A stretch of 64,000 bases of DNA from a virus, in IMG/VR virus record IMGVR_UViG_3300042888_002665. The stretch is one strand, 5' to 3'. The first letter of the stretch is position 1; each line of letters starts with the position of its first letter. Made by a program: the position numbers and the translations under genes. Below the pieces are notes generated by a model. It was not told where the DNA came from, did no database searches, and saw only the letters and a list, made by a program, of their open reading frames with translations. Below are positions 8,418 through 19,100 of the stretch, in pieces.

Positions 8418-9289
8418 TTTACTATAAACATTTCAGGTCGCATTTGAGCGAAGTTTCTCATCATTATAGCGGCAGCAGCATTAGCCTCATTTTCATGTGG
8501 ATGGCCTGTTTTGCCGGATTCTGGTGTTAATCTATTTTGTATATCTTGTTTAAAATGAACTAATTCATGTGCTAATGTTCTAAAAACATCGGCTTGATGG
8601 CGATTAGCTACACTTAATTCAATACTTTTATTATTTGGATCATATCCACCAAATGAACGTCTTGATTCTGCTGTTGTTGGATCATATGACATTTTTAATG
8701 GAGGTAATGATTTTAATTTTAAATATTCTTTACAATATCCAACAAATTCTTTCAATAACGGGAATTGATTCTCATATAATGATTCATGTATTGGTTCTTC
8801 ATTGTTATTATAAACGCTACCGTATGCATCAAAGAATTTTTGTGTTGTAATACCAGCAGGTAAAAAATTAGCTATTTGTTTTACATTACGTGCTTGAATA
8901 GCATCTCTAAAGTCAGTTGCTGATGTATTTTCAAAATTACCAGCGTCAAATACCTCAACTTTAGGATTGTCAGCTAATGAAGCAAAACGTGAACTTTCTT
9001 CTTTACCGAATACAACTACAAAATCTTGATCAGGATTATTTTTGATTGAAGATAATGTATAATATACAGGAGAGCCTTCGGATGGTATAACTTTAACTTT
9101 AGGACCTAATATATTAGTATATAATTCCCAAACCTTTAATGATTGTTCTAATGATACCCCACCACGTTCTTTAGAGGAAACGGCAACTACCACCTCAGAA
9201 ATATCATCTCTATCAACTAATAATTTGACTACTTGGAAATGACCTTTGTGAGGTGGTTTAAACGCGCCGGGATAAATTGCTATCTTCAT
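8414..9289 (-). CDS. fusion: cytidyltransferase-like (HxGH) nucleotidyltransferase + HExxH zincin domain
   Basis: PGAFKPPHKGH, SATDFR; C-terminal RTLAHELVHFKQ...E. Confidence 0.75.
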   Translation of the reverse strand: MKIAIYPGAFKPPHKGHFQVVKLLVDRDDISEVVVAVSSKERGGVSLEQSLKVWELYTNILGPKVKVIPSEGSPVYYTLSSIKNNPDQDFVVVFGKEESSRFASLADNPKVEVFDAGNFENTSATDFRDAIQARNVKQIANFLPAGITTQKFFDAYGSVYNNNEEPIHESLYENQFPLLKEFVGYCKEYLKLKSLPPLKMSYDPTTAESRRSFGGYDPNNKSIELSVANRHQADVFRTLAHELVHFKQDIQNRLTPESGKTGHPHENEANAAAAIMMRNFAQMRPEMFIVK

Positions 9290-9322
9290 TAATTAATATA
9301 CAGTATAATATACTAATAAATA

Positions 9323-10114
9323 TTAATTTTCTGTCTCTAGCTTAACTGATGTAGGTAATGTTTCAGTATATGGGGATGCATTTGGATTTTCTAATTTATA
9401 TATGTCTTGAATTTTAGTAAACATAGTAAAATTCTTTTCGATTTCATCTACAATTTTAACTTGCCATCCTTTACCTTGCATCTGACCTTCTTTACCTTCT
9501 TTATGTGTTTTAGCTTTTAACCAAATAATACCAGTACGTGTAACTGCTTCAGTATGAGTTTCATTCCAAGCCTGCGCATAGGCCGCGAGTTGTAAATCAT
9601 ATGATGTATGTAGTGAATTTGATGTTTTAATGTCTAATAACCAAAGTTCCCCGTTGATTCTCACAATCAAATCGGCCGTACCAGCATACTCATATTGGTC
9701 AGAAAATAAATGATATTCTTTAGATACTAATTCTGGTTTTACTTGATTCCAGAAATCAGCAAATCGTAAAATCATTTTCCAAACATCTAATTGATATTTA
9801 GCATTTCCGTATTCATCAATCCAAGTAATTTCATTTCCACCTAAGAAATCTTCAATTGCATTGTGTACTTGTGTTCCCTCATTAGCTGCTTTACGCATTA
9901 TAATATCTGAATTATGTCCAACGTCTTTTAGCCATGAATGGAAAAAACCATTCTTAGGAAAGAAATTTAATATGGATGTAACAGATGGATAGTACTTTTC
10001 GCTACGTCTGTAGAAACGACTATCTAAAATGTTTACTTGTTTTGAATTTTCTGTGTATTCAACAATCCGTTTAATGTTTGGATCTTTGATTACATTTGAG
10101 TTTTGCTCAATCAT
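9323..10114 (-). CDS. PD-(D/E)xK exonuclease (Cas4/lambda-exo-like)
   Basis: YPSVTSIL, GTQVH, YAGTADL, LLDIKTS, QLAAY. Confidence 0.85.
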   Translation of the reverse strand: MIEQNSNVIKDPNIKRIVEYTENSKQVNILDSRFYRRSEKYYPSVTSILNFFPKNGFFHSWLKDVGHNSDIIMRKAANEGTQVHNAIEDFLGGNEITWIDEYGNAKYQLDVWKMILRFADFWNQVKPELVSKEYHLFSDQYEYAGTADLIVRINGELWLLDIKTSNSLHTSYDLQLAAYAQAWNETHTEAVTRTGIIWLKAKTHKEGKEGQMQGKGWQVKIVDEIEKNFTMFTKIQDIYKLENPNASPYTETLPTSVKLETEN

Positions 10115-11052
10115 GCGATTTTTAGTTTTATACCCATTATTTTTTCAAATGTTAGTGGATATGTGTTTTCAATTATATTTAAGAAATTCTTAAATCCGAT
10201 TTCATTTGCATCCTTACCGTCCATTTCAACTAAGTAAACTTCTTTACCATAGTTCATCAATGTTTGACAGTGTTGTAATGCTTCACGTTGTGCGTCTTTA
10301 TCTAAAGCAACGTATACTTTTTCTACATCTGAAGTAACTAATCGTTTCATTAGTGCCTCAGAGAGTACTTTACCAAATAATGGAATAACATTTCGTTGTA
10401 TTGTTAATGCATCAAACATACCTTCAACTAATACTACTGGTGCATCCCAATTTATAAAATATTCTAATCCAATTATGTTTTTATTCTGTACTGATGGATT
10501 CTTGTATTTACGAGGTGAATCTTGATCAAATGAGCGAGCAATAAAATAATTTAATTGTCCGTCTGAGTCATATGATGGTATGATTACTCGTCCATTATAT
10601 TCGCCTTCAGTACAGAATCCGATATTATATTTTTTAATGTGATTGTCTGTGATATCTCGTTTATGAAGAAAATGTAATGCTTGTTTAGCATATATTTGGT
10701 CCATTTTAGATAATGGAGTAACGTCAATCAGCGTTTTGAATTCCTTAGGTAATGTTATTTGATTGTAAACAATTTCTTGGCGTTTACCAGGTACAATAAT
10801 AACGTCTAGCTGCTCTACTTTAGAACGATCGACTTTCATTGCTTTAAATAATGAGTGAATTGATTTACCTTTAGTATTACAAACCCAACAATGCCAAGGA
10901 TTTTCTTTCTTCTCGTTAGTAGCTACATTAACTTCTAATTTCGGCTTATGGTGCTTACAGAATGGGCAGTGAAACGAATGATTGCCTCGAGATGTAGGTT
11001 TAGATTTACCTAACACATTTTCCAATAAGTTTATCAAAACTAGATTTTCCAT
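10111..11052 (-). CDS. DNA primase (Zn finger + TOPRIM)
   Basis: CPFC..CWVC; VLVEGMFDA; ALDKDA; GKDANE. Confidence 0.9.
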   Translation of the reverse strand: MENLVLINLLENVLGKSKPTSRGNHSFHCPFCKHHKPKLEVNVATNEKKENPWHCWVCNTKGKSIHSLFKAMKVDRSKVEQLDVIIVPGKRQEIVYNQITLPKEFKTLIDVTPLSKMDQIYAKQALHFLHKRDITDNHIKKYNIGFCTEGEYNGRVIIPSYDSDGQLNYFIARSFDQDSPRKYKNPSVQNKNIIGLEYFINWDAPVVLVEGMFDALTIQRNVIPLFGKVLSEALMKRLVTSDVEKVYVALDKDAQREALQHCQTLMNYGKEVYLVEMDGKDANEIGFKNFLNIIENTYPLTFEKIMGIKLKIA

Positions 11053-11078
11053 ACTATAACAATAATTAGGAAATAATA

Positions 11079-11525
11079 CTATATCAAATCCTTACGGAAG
11101 AATTTACCAGCTATGTTATCATTATATGAACTAACTTCTAACACGTCATAATGAAATTGTGCCTTTAATTCAAGATATGTTAATTGCTTTTTACCTTTAG
11201 CTAGATATATAATTTCACGACGAAATTTATCTTTTCCAAATAATTTAATATCTGCTGCTAGTTCTTTAGATGAACCGTAGTACGTCTTCCAATCAGATTC
11301 TATGTGTAGTATTTCATGGGTGGATTTTCTACCACGAGTAACTGGCTGCTCGTCTAGTTGCTTTTTAGTTAGCTTATGTTTTCTATTATGGTATAGTGAT
11401 TTTTTACCAATATAAGCTTTATTAGTGTCTATATGAGTAATTTTATAAACAAAACCAAACGTACCTTCAGGAAATTGATCTACAGATTCAATTTGTTTTT
11501 TAAATAATAACCAATTAGGAGTCAT
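11079..11525 (-). CDS. GIY-YIG family nuclease
   Basis: GFVYKIT..AYIGKK..WKTYYGSS..YNDNI. Confidence 0.75.
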   Translation of the reverse strand: MTPNWLLFKKQIESVDQFPEGTFGFVYKITHIDTNKAYIGKKSLYHNRKHKLTKKQLDEQPVTRGRKSTHEILHIESDWKTYYGSSKELAADIKLFGKDKFRREIIYLAKGKKQLTYLELKAQFHYDVLEVSSYNDNIAGKFFRKDLI

Positions 11526-11826
11526 AACGTATTAGGAAGGTCATGTCTGTTTCTAATGATATAGGAACAGGCTGACCGAATTTTGCAACCATTAATAATT
11601 CATCATTATCGTTATATAATCCAAGTGCAGTAGCATATGGTTGAAAATCAGAACCAGTAGCAAAACTCATTATTTCTGAGTATGCGTTTGATGATGTTTG
11701 GCGTAAACTTGGATTGTAAGTAGTATTAAATTCATTTTCATTCACATGAGCAGTAATATAATTTTCATATACTGTATGTTCATTGGTAAATGATAATTTA
11801 AAATTATTTATATTAACTATATTCAT
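11515..11826 (-). CDS. baseplate/tail-associated protein, C-terminal-type fragment
   Basis: YATALGLYNDNDELLMVAKFGQP..IRYD is paralogous to the C-terminus of 14463-15455. Confidence 0.65.
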   Translation of the reverse strand: MNIVNINNFKLSFTNEHTVYENYITAHVNENEFNTTYNPSLRQTSSNAYSEIMSFATGSDFQPYATALGLYNDNDELLMVAKFGQPVPISLETDMTFLIRYDS

Positions 11827-11833
11827 ATCTATA

Positions 11834-13126
11834 TTATACTACGTCGTTTCCACTTTCACAACTACAAGCTCCTTCATCACCATATATTGCTGTTAATCCA
11901 CCAATAACATATATTTCTTCTAATACAACAAAACAATCTCCTGGGTAGCTTCTAAATGTTTGAGCAGTGGTTAATGTAGGGGTATAAAATCCATCTTGAC
12001 TAGTACCACATAATCTAAGGCGTTTCCCAACTGCTGCTTGAGGTGGTGTTGATGGAGTAGGAGCAGCACCACAAGATACATTAGCATTCCACGCATCTCC
12101 GATTCCATTACCAGGTCCTACATCTACTATAAGTTCATAATCTCCACCTTGATAAGTGGCGGATAAAGTACCTGAACCACCATTATTAAGACTTGATCCC
12201 CAAGGACCTTCATAATTAGCAAATCCAAGCCAATCAGTAAATGATATTCCTCCTCCATTTCTACGAAGAGCAAATTTATTAGGTCTGTCTTGAGCTTGTA
12301 CTGAAATAATAATAGTATCACCTATTGTTCTAGATGAAAAGTTTAAACATTTAGTTTGTGTTGTAAATGTATCATAAGGCCAAGAATCACTTAATGCCGA
12401 ACCACACCCGTTAGGACATGGTGTTGGGGTTGGAGTTGGTGTTAATGTATTGGTAGGTGTTGGGGTAGGAGTAGGAGTTGGAGTAGGAGTTGGAGTAACT
12501 GGTGGATTTGAGGCTCCACAAGTACAATCAACATAACTAGTATTAATAGTCCGAGGAGATACACCTTCTCCTATTGATTGTACTCTCCAACATCCTTCAA
12601 ATCCGGCATCTGAAAGTGATACATAACTATTTACTGATAGTGTTCCTACTGTAGAAGATTTATTAGCTGTTGTTGTTGTTACTGTATCAGCACACGCACT
12701 TTGTTGTACTAAGTTATATAATGTAGGAAGTGGTGTTGGAGTTGGGGTAGCAGTAGCTCCGGGAACTGGTGTTGGAGTAGGAACTGCAGGAACTGGTGTG
12801 TTAGTAGGAGTTGCTGTTGGTGGAGGAGTTGGAGTAGGTGTAGGGGTTGGTGTAGGTGTAGGTGTAGGTGTTGGTAGTGGTGTTGGGAGTGAAAATGTAT
12901 GGACCCAAGTAGTATTACTACTATATATGCCGTTTCCATTAAATGATTTTATATATCCTTCATAATTAACACCTGTTTGTAGTCCTCCAATAGCAACATT
13001 AGTTTCAGAAGTAACAGGAAGTTCTTTATACACATCAGCAGATCCACTTACTCTATACCCAACAACATATCCTTGAATAGGTTCAAGCGTTAAAGGAACA
13101 TTCCACGAAACTGATATTGAAATCAT
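11834..13126 (-). CDS. FN3 + Pro-Thr repeat + Cys-rich adhesin/tail-fibre-like protein
   Basis: N-terminal FN3 (VSW..GYVVGYR..GL..G..Y), two long PT tracts, paired Cys. Confidence 0.7.
   Translation of the reverse strand: MISISVSWNVPLTLEPIQGYVVGYRVSGSADVYKELPVTSETNVAIGGLQTGVNYEGYIKSFNGNGIYSSNTTWVHTFSLPTPLPTPTPTPTPTPTPTPTPPPTATPTNTPVPAVPTPTPVPGATATPTPTPLPTLYNLVQQSACADTVTTTTANKSSTVGTLSVNSYVSLSDAGFEGCWRVQSIGEGVSPRTINTSYVDCTCGASNPPVTPTPTPTPTPTPTPTNTLTPTPTPTPCPNGCGSALSDSWPYDTFTTQTKCLNFSSRTIGDTIIISVQAQDRPNKFALRRNGGGISFTDWLGFANYEGPWGSSLNNGGSGTLSATYQGGDYELIVDVGPGNGIGDAWNANVSCGAAPTPSTPPQAAVGKRLRLCGTSQDGFYTPTLTTAQTFRSYPGDCFVVLEEIYVIGGLTAIYGDEGACSCESGNDVV
12420..12500. repeat. Pro-Thr hexamer tandem repeat tract
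   Basis: Imperfect GGWGTW units encoding TPTPTP; boundaries approximate. Confidence 0.85.
12727..12890. repeat. Pro-Thr hexamer tandem repeat tract
   Basis: GGTGTA/GGAGTT/GGTGTT units; boundaries approximate. Confidence 0.85.
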
Positions 13127-13232
13127 ATTATTTTATTTTATATAAATATTAAGGTGCAGGACACTCATGATACCAAGAAAGAGAATCACTTACTAATCCA
13201 TTTCCACTAAATGATTTTATATATCCTTCATA
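12933..13232. repeat. 32-bp direct repeat shared by two FN3 domains (12933-12964 and 13201-13232)
   Basis: TTTCCA(T/C)TAAATGATTTTATATATCCTTCATA, 31 of 32 identical. Confidence 0.9.
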
Positions 13233-14447
13233 CTTTACTCCGTATGTTATTCCTGTTATTTGTATATCATAGAATGTAGATGTGCTGAATTCAGTATGTG
13301 TTCTTCTAGATCCGGCTCTTCTATATCCTATAATATATCCATTTGTAGGAGTAAAAGGTTCAGGCTGCTTGAATGTTATTGATAAAGCATTTGGATATGA
13401 ACAACGAACACTTACATTAGTTGGGGGTTCAGGTATTACTTCATTAATAGTAACTATACTAGCACTTATTGGTGGATTTGGTTGAGTTACAGATACAACG
13501 TATAATGTTGGAGTTGGAGTAGGTGTTGGTGTTGGGCTAGGAGTTGGGGTAGGAGCACTATAGTCATTATAGATAGAGGCAGTGATTGGGGATGTATTAC
13601 TTATTAAATACGACCCACTATATATACTTCCAGTAAATGAACTACTTACATTATATAATGTATAATAAGTTCCAACTGCCGTTTCAGTTAAAATTAATGA
13701 TCCACTTCCATCCACACTAAAAGAACTAGTGTTATCTATTGTTATAGAGCCTGTTAATAATAAGCCTCCTCTTCCATTAACATTAGATATAATATTAATA
13801 GATTTTGTAGCACTACTTGTAGGAAATGTAGTTACAATCTTGGATGAGAGGGGGGTGAGTGGGAAAATTGTTTGATATTCTTGATCAGTTATAATAGCTA
13901 ATCCATGAGAATAAAATATATTACCAACATGAGAACTAGAATTCTTAAAATCAATTAGATTTCCAATACCATCATCTTTTATAAAATAAGCAGATGATGA
14001 TAATTCAAAAGCATACGGTAATATTTGTTGGCCGTATAAATCTTTATTTATTGATATTACTCTAATTCCTTCATTTGCTCCTGTAGGGAATAGTTTAATT
14101 AATGATTGATTATTATTGTAATCAAAATTAGATCCTGTAAGTTTATTAGATGAAGCACCATCATAATATAAAGAAGCAATTAAAGAACTACTATCTAATG
14201 TATTATTACTTGATGAATTTTGCTGATAAAATAAATGATTTATCTGGGAGTATAATAGTCTTTCATATTTACCCTCAGTAATTGGATCAGTATCTAATGA
14301 AAAGGAACCAGTTAAGTTGGTCCCTTTATAGATTTTTATATATTGATCATTACTCGGATAAAGATCATAATTAAAAATCCATCTTTTATTAGCTACATAC
14401 GGTACAGATATTACATCTGATCTTTTTAACCTTTTAAATGAAGCCAT
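13149..14447 (-). CDS. baseplate/tail protein with Ig-like, PT-linker and C-terminal FN3 extension
   Basis: GNIFYSHGLAIIT motif, then beta-sandwich, PTPTPSPTP, FN3. Confidence 0.65.
   Translation of the reverse strand: MASFKRLKRSDVISVPYVANKRWIFNYDLYPSNDQYIKIYKGTNLTGSFSLDTDPITEGKYERLLYSQINHLFYQQNSSSNNTLDSSSLIASLYYDGASSNKLTGSNFDYNNNQSLIKLFPTGANEGIRVISINKDLYGQQILPYAFELSSSAYFIKDDGIGNLIDFKNSSSHVGNIFYSHGLAIITDQEYQTIFPLTPLSSKIVTTFPTSSATKSINIISNVNGRGGLLLTGSITIDNTSSFSVDGSGSLILTETAVGTYYTLYNVSSSFTGSIYSGSYLISNTSPITASIYNDYSAPTPTPSPTPTPTPTPTLYVVSVTQPNPPISASIVTINEVIPEPPTNVSVRCSYPNALSITFKQPEPFTPTNGYIIGYRRAGSRRTHTEFSTSTFYDIQITGITYGVKYEGYIKSFSGNGLVSDSLSWYHECPAP
13507..13556. repeat. Pro-Thr repeat tract
   Basis: Encodes APTPTPSPTPTPTPTPT. 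Confidence 0.8.
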
Positions 14448-14462
14448 TTATATTGATTGATT

Positions 14463-15455
14463 TTAATAATCTAATTTAATTCTTATAAGTGCTTCTTTTG
14501 TAAAGTCTTTAATTAATGGACGTGACAATTTAGCTACACCTAACAACTCATTACTATCATTATACATTCCAACAGTAGTAACATATGTTTGTGGATTGTC
14601 AATTAATGTACTATATAACAAACTACCACTATCATTTATAATAGAGGGATTTGTTGTATAATTAAAGTCATTATTTTTAACTCTAGTAAAGAAATATCGT
14701 GATGACACGGTTTCTTGTGATTGCATTGTAAATAATGAACCTGTATATATTCTGTTAAATAAAGCGCTCATACTTCCACCAGAACTTCCACCAACTTCAG
14801 CTAATCCAATACCTCCACTAGATGATGGTAAACTTAAAGCTCTAGGATTTAATAAAATAATACCTAAGTCTGGGAATACTAATCCATAACTTCCGCTAAC
14901 TCCTTGGTTTTGAACATTAGCAATAGTTCCTGCACTTCCTGAAAGTAATGTATAATAGCGATTAGATCCAATAAAATTAGTAACAGATCCACTTACCACA
15001 CTATCATCAGTTAATTGTAATGATGATAAGCCAAACCCAGTTCCTGAAAGTTTTAATGTAAGTGAACCAGGTCTTATTGATTCTTTAAATCTAGCACGAG
15101 CAATTGATAAAGCCCAAAATGAACTTACTGTTGTTTCTCCAAATCTAAAAGAACTGTTTTCATCATTATAGATTAAACTTCTATATTGACCATAATTAAT
15201 ACGAGAAGGAGTATTTGTTGTAACGGCTGAATTAATAGGAGAATATCCGATTCCACCTAAATTAGCATATTGAATTGAAAATTGAATATTAGCTGCATCC
15301 ACACTATCATATACATCTAAGTTATATGATGTTCCTAAATCAGGATCAGGTGTATAAAAAGTAGTTAAAGTTGCATTATCGTTAGTCCATGCCCCTCTAG
15401 TGATAGTTTCTGAGCTTATTACTGAGTCTTCAGGATTGTATTGTATGAATGACAT
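14463..15455 (-). CDS. baseplate/tail structural protein
   Basis: YGLVFPDLGIILL; C-terminal TTVGMYNDSNELLGVAKLSRP resembling tail-collar/baseplate domains; located in tail module. Confidence 0.65.
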   Translation of the reverse strand: MSFIQYNPEDSVISSETITRGAWTNDNATLTTFYTPDPDLGTSYNLDVYDSVDAANIQFSIQYANLGGIGYSPINSAVTTNTPSRINYGQYRSLIYNDENSSFRFGETTVSSFWALSIARARFKESIRPGSLTLKLSGTGFGLSSLQLTDDSVVSGSVTNFIGSNRYYTLLSGSAGTIANVQNQGVSGSYGLVFPDLGIILLNPRALSLPSSSGGIGLAEVGGSSGGSMSALFNRIYTGSLFTMQSQETVSSRYFFTRVKNNDFNYTTNPSIINDSGSLLYSTLIDNPQTYVTTVGMYNDSNELLGVAKLSRPLIKDFTKEALIRIKLDY

Positions 15456-15456
15456 G

Positions 15457-16119
15457 TTATATGTTGTTTACTTTGATTATGTTTATAGGAATCGTAATTC
15501 TAGCACCCGAATCTCTACCAATTACTGTTAAAGTAGTGGTTAGTTGAGATAATGAAGTACCAAATAATGTATTAATTGTAGTACCAGTTAATGTAAATGA
15601 AGCACCTAATACAGATCTACTTAATTTAGTACCCGTAGTTGTATTTGCATCTATTGCATCATTAGTAGCGTCAATTCCAACACCATTAAATACTGAAAGT
15701 AATCTTACATCAGCAATTGTTGCTGTATAACCATTAGCTTCAAATACAGAAGTAGATCCTAAATAATTTAATGTTTGAGGAGTAATAGTTAAGTTAGCAC
15801 CTTGACGTAGTGATATAGTATTATATCCTAAAGATATAACAGGTAATTTTGATGTGCCGCGAGGTAAAGTTACTAATTTATACTTCATTATTTGTGACTC
15901 ATCCGGAAATGCTTCAAGCATAGGCATAGCTTCAATAGCTTCACCATAAAATGCGGATCCAGATGGATGATTAGGATTATATAAAGTATAATCAATCTCA
16001 TCATCAGCTAATGCAAATTGTGTAATTTGAAAAGAACCATCATTTCGTGCTAATAATTCTCGTCCTTTTTTGGTTAATATAGCATCTACTGTTACTGTAG
16101 AATTATCTAGAATTGCCAT
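15457..16119 (-). CDS. virion structural protein (baseplate-associated)
   Basis: DAILTKKGRELLA..ITQFALADDEIDY motif recalled from large-phage tail modules; context. Confidence 0.6.
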   Translation of the reverse strand: MAILDNSTVTVDAILTKKGRELLARNDGSFQITQFALADDEIDYTLYNPNHPSGSAFYGEAIEAMPMLEAFPDESQIMKYKLVTLPRGTSKLPVISLGYNTISLRQGANLTITPQTLNYLGSTSVFEANGYTATIADVRLLSVFNGVGIDATNDAIDANTTTGTKLSRSVLGASFTLTGTTINTLFGTSLSQLTTTLTVIGRDSGARITIPINIIKVNNI

Positions 16120-16169
16120 AGTTTAATATGTTATTTTGGTATAAATATATATATTTTATTATTTTTTAA

Positions 16170-19100
16170 TTAAAATGAACCTCCATCAAAAGTTCCCATA
16201 TCAATTAATTTTTGTTTTACTTCTTTAGTAATAACGTCAATATTTTCTAATATCGCTGGGTTTACATTTTCCGGGATGATAAATCCTAAAGATGTTTCTC
16301 CTGGGTCTTTATCAAATGTCAATACTATATTATTTTCGTCTTTAACTCGTTTTAAAATTAAGAACTTATCTATTGTACTATTAAAATAATTAGGAATGGC
16401 TAGATTACTAGGAAGAGTTGAAGATAAAATCAAATTCAATCGACTAAAACTATCTTTATACGAATATATTATAATACTTTCAAATACTTTTGGTTGATTA
16501 TTTGTTGTATAGTGAAGAACTAAAACATCCCCTGATGATGGATTAAAATCATATGTAATGCTTCTATATGTATAATATAATGAGCTTTCATTTTTTGCAA
16601 CATTAGGGACAAATTGGTATCCAACTACACTACTTAATTCTGAATTTAGTATTATAGTGTTACTACTATTAGAACCATATATAAAAGGAGAAGTTGAATT
16701 AGTAATATTAGGATATGTACCAATCATACTAACATTTTGTTGATTAGTTAATATACCACCAACAGCTACACTTGCAGTGTAGTTTATTGGATTTTGATTA
16801 CTTTCAACAAGTTCAAAACTAATGACATCATTCTTTTTAAAATTTTGGAATTCTGTAGTTAAATTAAAATTTAACTTATTAGCTAAAGTAGTATCAGTAG
16901 ATATTTCTCTATATTGAGTATATGATTGAAAATCATTATTTACATCATATACTGTTTTGCCGCTTATAGTACCAACCGGAGATGCTGTTAATATTTGATT
17001 ATAATCAGTATCAGTCATAAAATATACTACTGGATTTGTTCCACTATATACTTCAATATTATTAACTATAGATGTAGTAATTGAACTATACATTGTTACT
17101 CTATAAAAAGTAGTACCTGAAGAAAGTGATCTACCTGTAGATACTCCAGTAGTTCCATCTATTATAGTTACTGTTTCTGGAAGAATATATACTCCGTCTT
17201 TAGTAAGGTAATTATCTTGTAAAGGTCCAACATAACTGTATGTAACTTTTCTAGATGTATAATCTAATTGTTGACTGTTTAATAAGCTACCATTCTTTTT
17301 AATATTATATTGGTACGATACTTTATCTCCAATATTAGGTATAGTTAATCCAATTGTAAATGCTGATGAGAATTGATGCGGACCGTCAGTATCTACAGTG
17401 TATGATGAGAAGCTTGTAGGTGTTAAACCATTGTCTGAGTAGTTAAAATTACCATTAGAAGTTGTATCTGGTATGTCTATAGATTTACCAAATAAACTAT
17501 ATACATTATTATTAACTATAGGATATACTATTGGGGTTCCTCCTTTTATTAGGCCGCCTTTTGTAGTAACTTTAAACTGTTTTACATTAAATGAAGTATC
17601 AGGAGTGTATTTAAAGTATAATTTATCATTTGTACTATTATATAACATAGGTGAATAATCGTATCCACTACTATATATTAATTTACTTCCATTAACTACT
17701 TTCTGATTAGCAAATTTTTGGGAGTCAAATAAAGAAACAATTCCTTTAGTTCCTGTTTTGAACATATTCTGAATATCTACCCAATATTTATTTCTCTCAT
17801 TTAATTCAGTTAAGTTACCATTTATATCAACCAAATATTTTATAGCTACGTTATTCTTTTGAGGAGATATTAAAAAATCATTATCTTTAATTTGGGTAAA
17901 TATACCTATTTGATTTGAATAATTATCAATAGCTGCAGTTTTACCAAACGAATTATCCCCAGCCCAAACAGAGGATTGGGAAGAATAAGTATTATATTTC
18001 AAACTAGTTAATTTTGTTCCTTCATAACGAGAACGTTTATGTCCCATTAATGTAGCATAACTATCTTGTAATTCAACACTTGAAGATATTCTAGTACCAC
18101 TATCTAATACTTGAGAAGTAGAGTATATGTTTTCTATTTTAAATCTTGATTTTGATTTTAAATTAGAAGATACATTATTTAATACAACATTAAAATCAGT
18201 ATTTTGAAATTGATGCAAATCAACATTTCCAACATTAAATAAGTAAGGATTTGGATTTGAATTTTCGTAATAATTATTAATATTTAAATATGAACCTGAA
18301 ATTTGTCCTGTATAAAATGAGGATTTATTTCCTTCTATTTTATTGTAATAATAACTATTATCTTCAGAAATAACAGGACTATTGTAGCTAGCATCAAGTA
18401 TATTTTGATTATTTAATTTAGGCTTAAAGGATTTAATTTTATTTCTTTCAAGAACTGGAGATTGGATTGTTATTCCAGTTAAAGTGTTAGTTCTAGTAGG
18501 AGTAAAATCCTTTAACATTTTAAATAAACTATTGTCAAAATACTTTACTAATTCAAAGAATCCCTTATAATCTAATCGTTTAGCACTTCCTGATATAGCC
18601 GCACTAGATGAGATAAATCTATTTTTTTGAGTATCTAATAGATTATAAGATGATGATTCGGCTAATCTAGGATCACCAATATAATCATCTAATGAAAATG
18701 TTGGGTTAGTTATAGCAATAGAAGATGATATTCGCTTGTTTAGTTCATTTTGTGGACTAAATGATAAATCTACAAAATGTAAGTCTGTTGATGCAAAATT
18801 ATTTGAAGAGGTAGGGGATTGTTGTACTGATACAAATGGAGATAAAATACTACCTGTAATAGTATTATTTTGAATGGTTATTTTATCATTATCATATCCT
18901 TTAAGTAATCCAGATTTAGTTGTTCCTCCGAATTCTTTAGGAGAAAACACACTACCTGTAATTCCGAATGTAGTTATTAAGTTTTGTAATCCAACTGTAG
19001 TTCCTTTATTTTTTAATAATAAAGGAAGATTATGATATATTCGTTTATATAATTCAGATACTAAATCTTTTCGAGGAATATTATTTAAAAAACTACTAGT

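Noticed and set aside
9323-10114. Cas4 as evidence of a CRISPR system
   Set aside because: It lacks the Fe-S cysteines and sits beside the primase, so it is an ordinary phage exonuclease
11834-14447. Diversity-generating retroelement target/template pair at the FN3 repeat
   Set aside because: The repeat is only 32 bp with one mismatch, and no reverse transcriptase is present in the window
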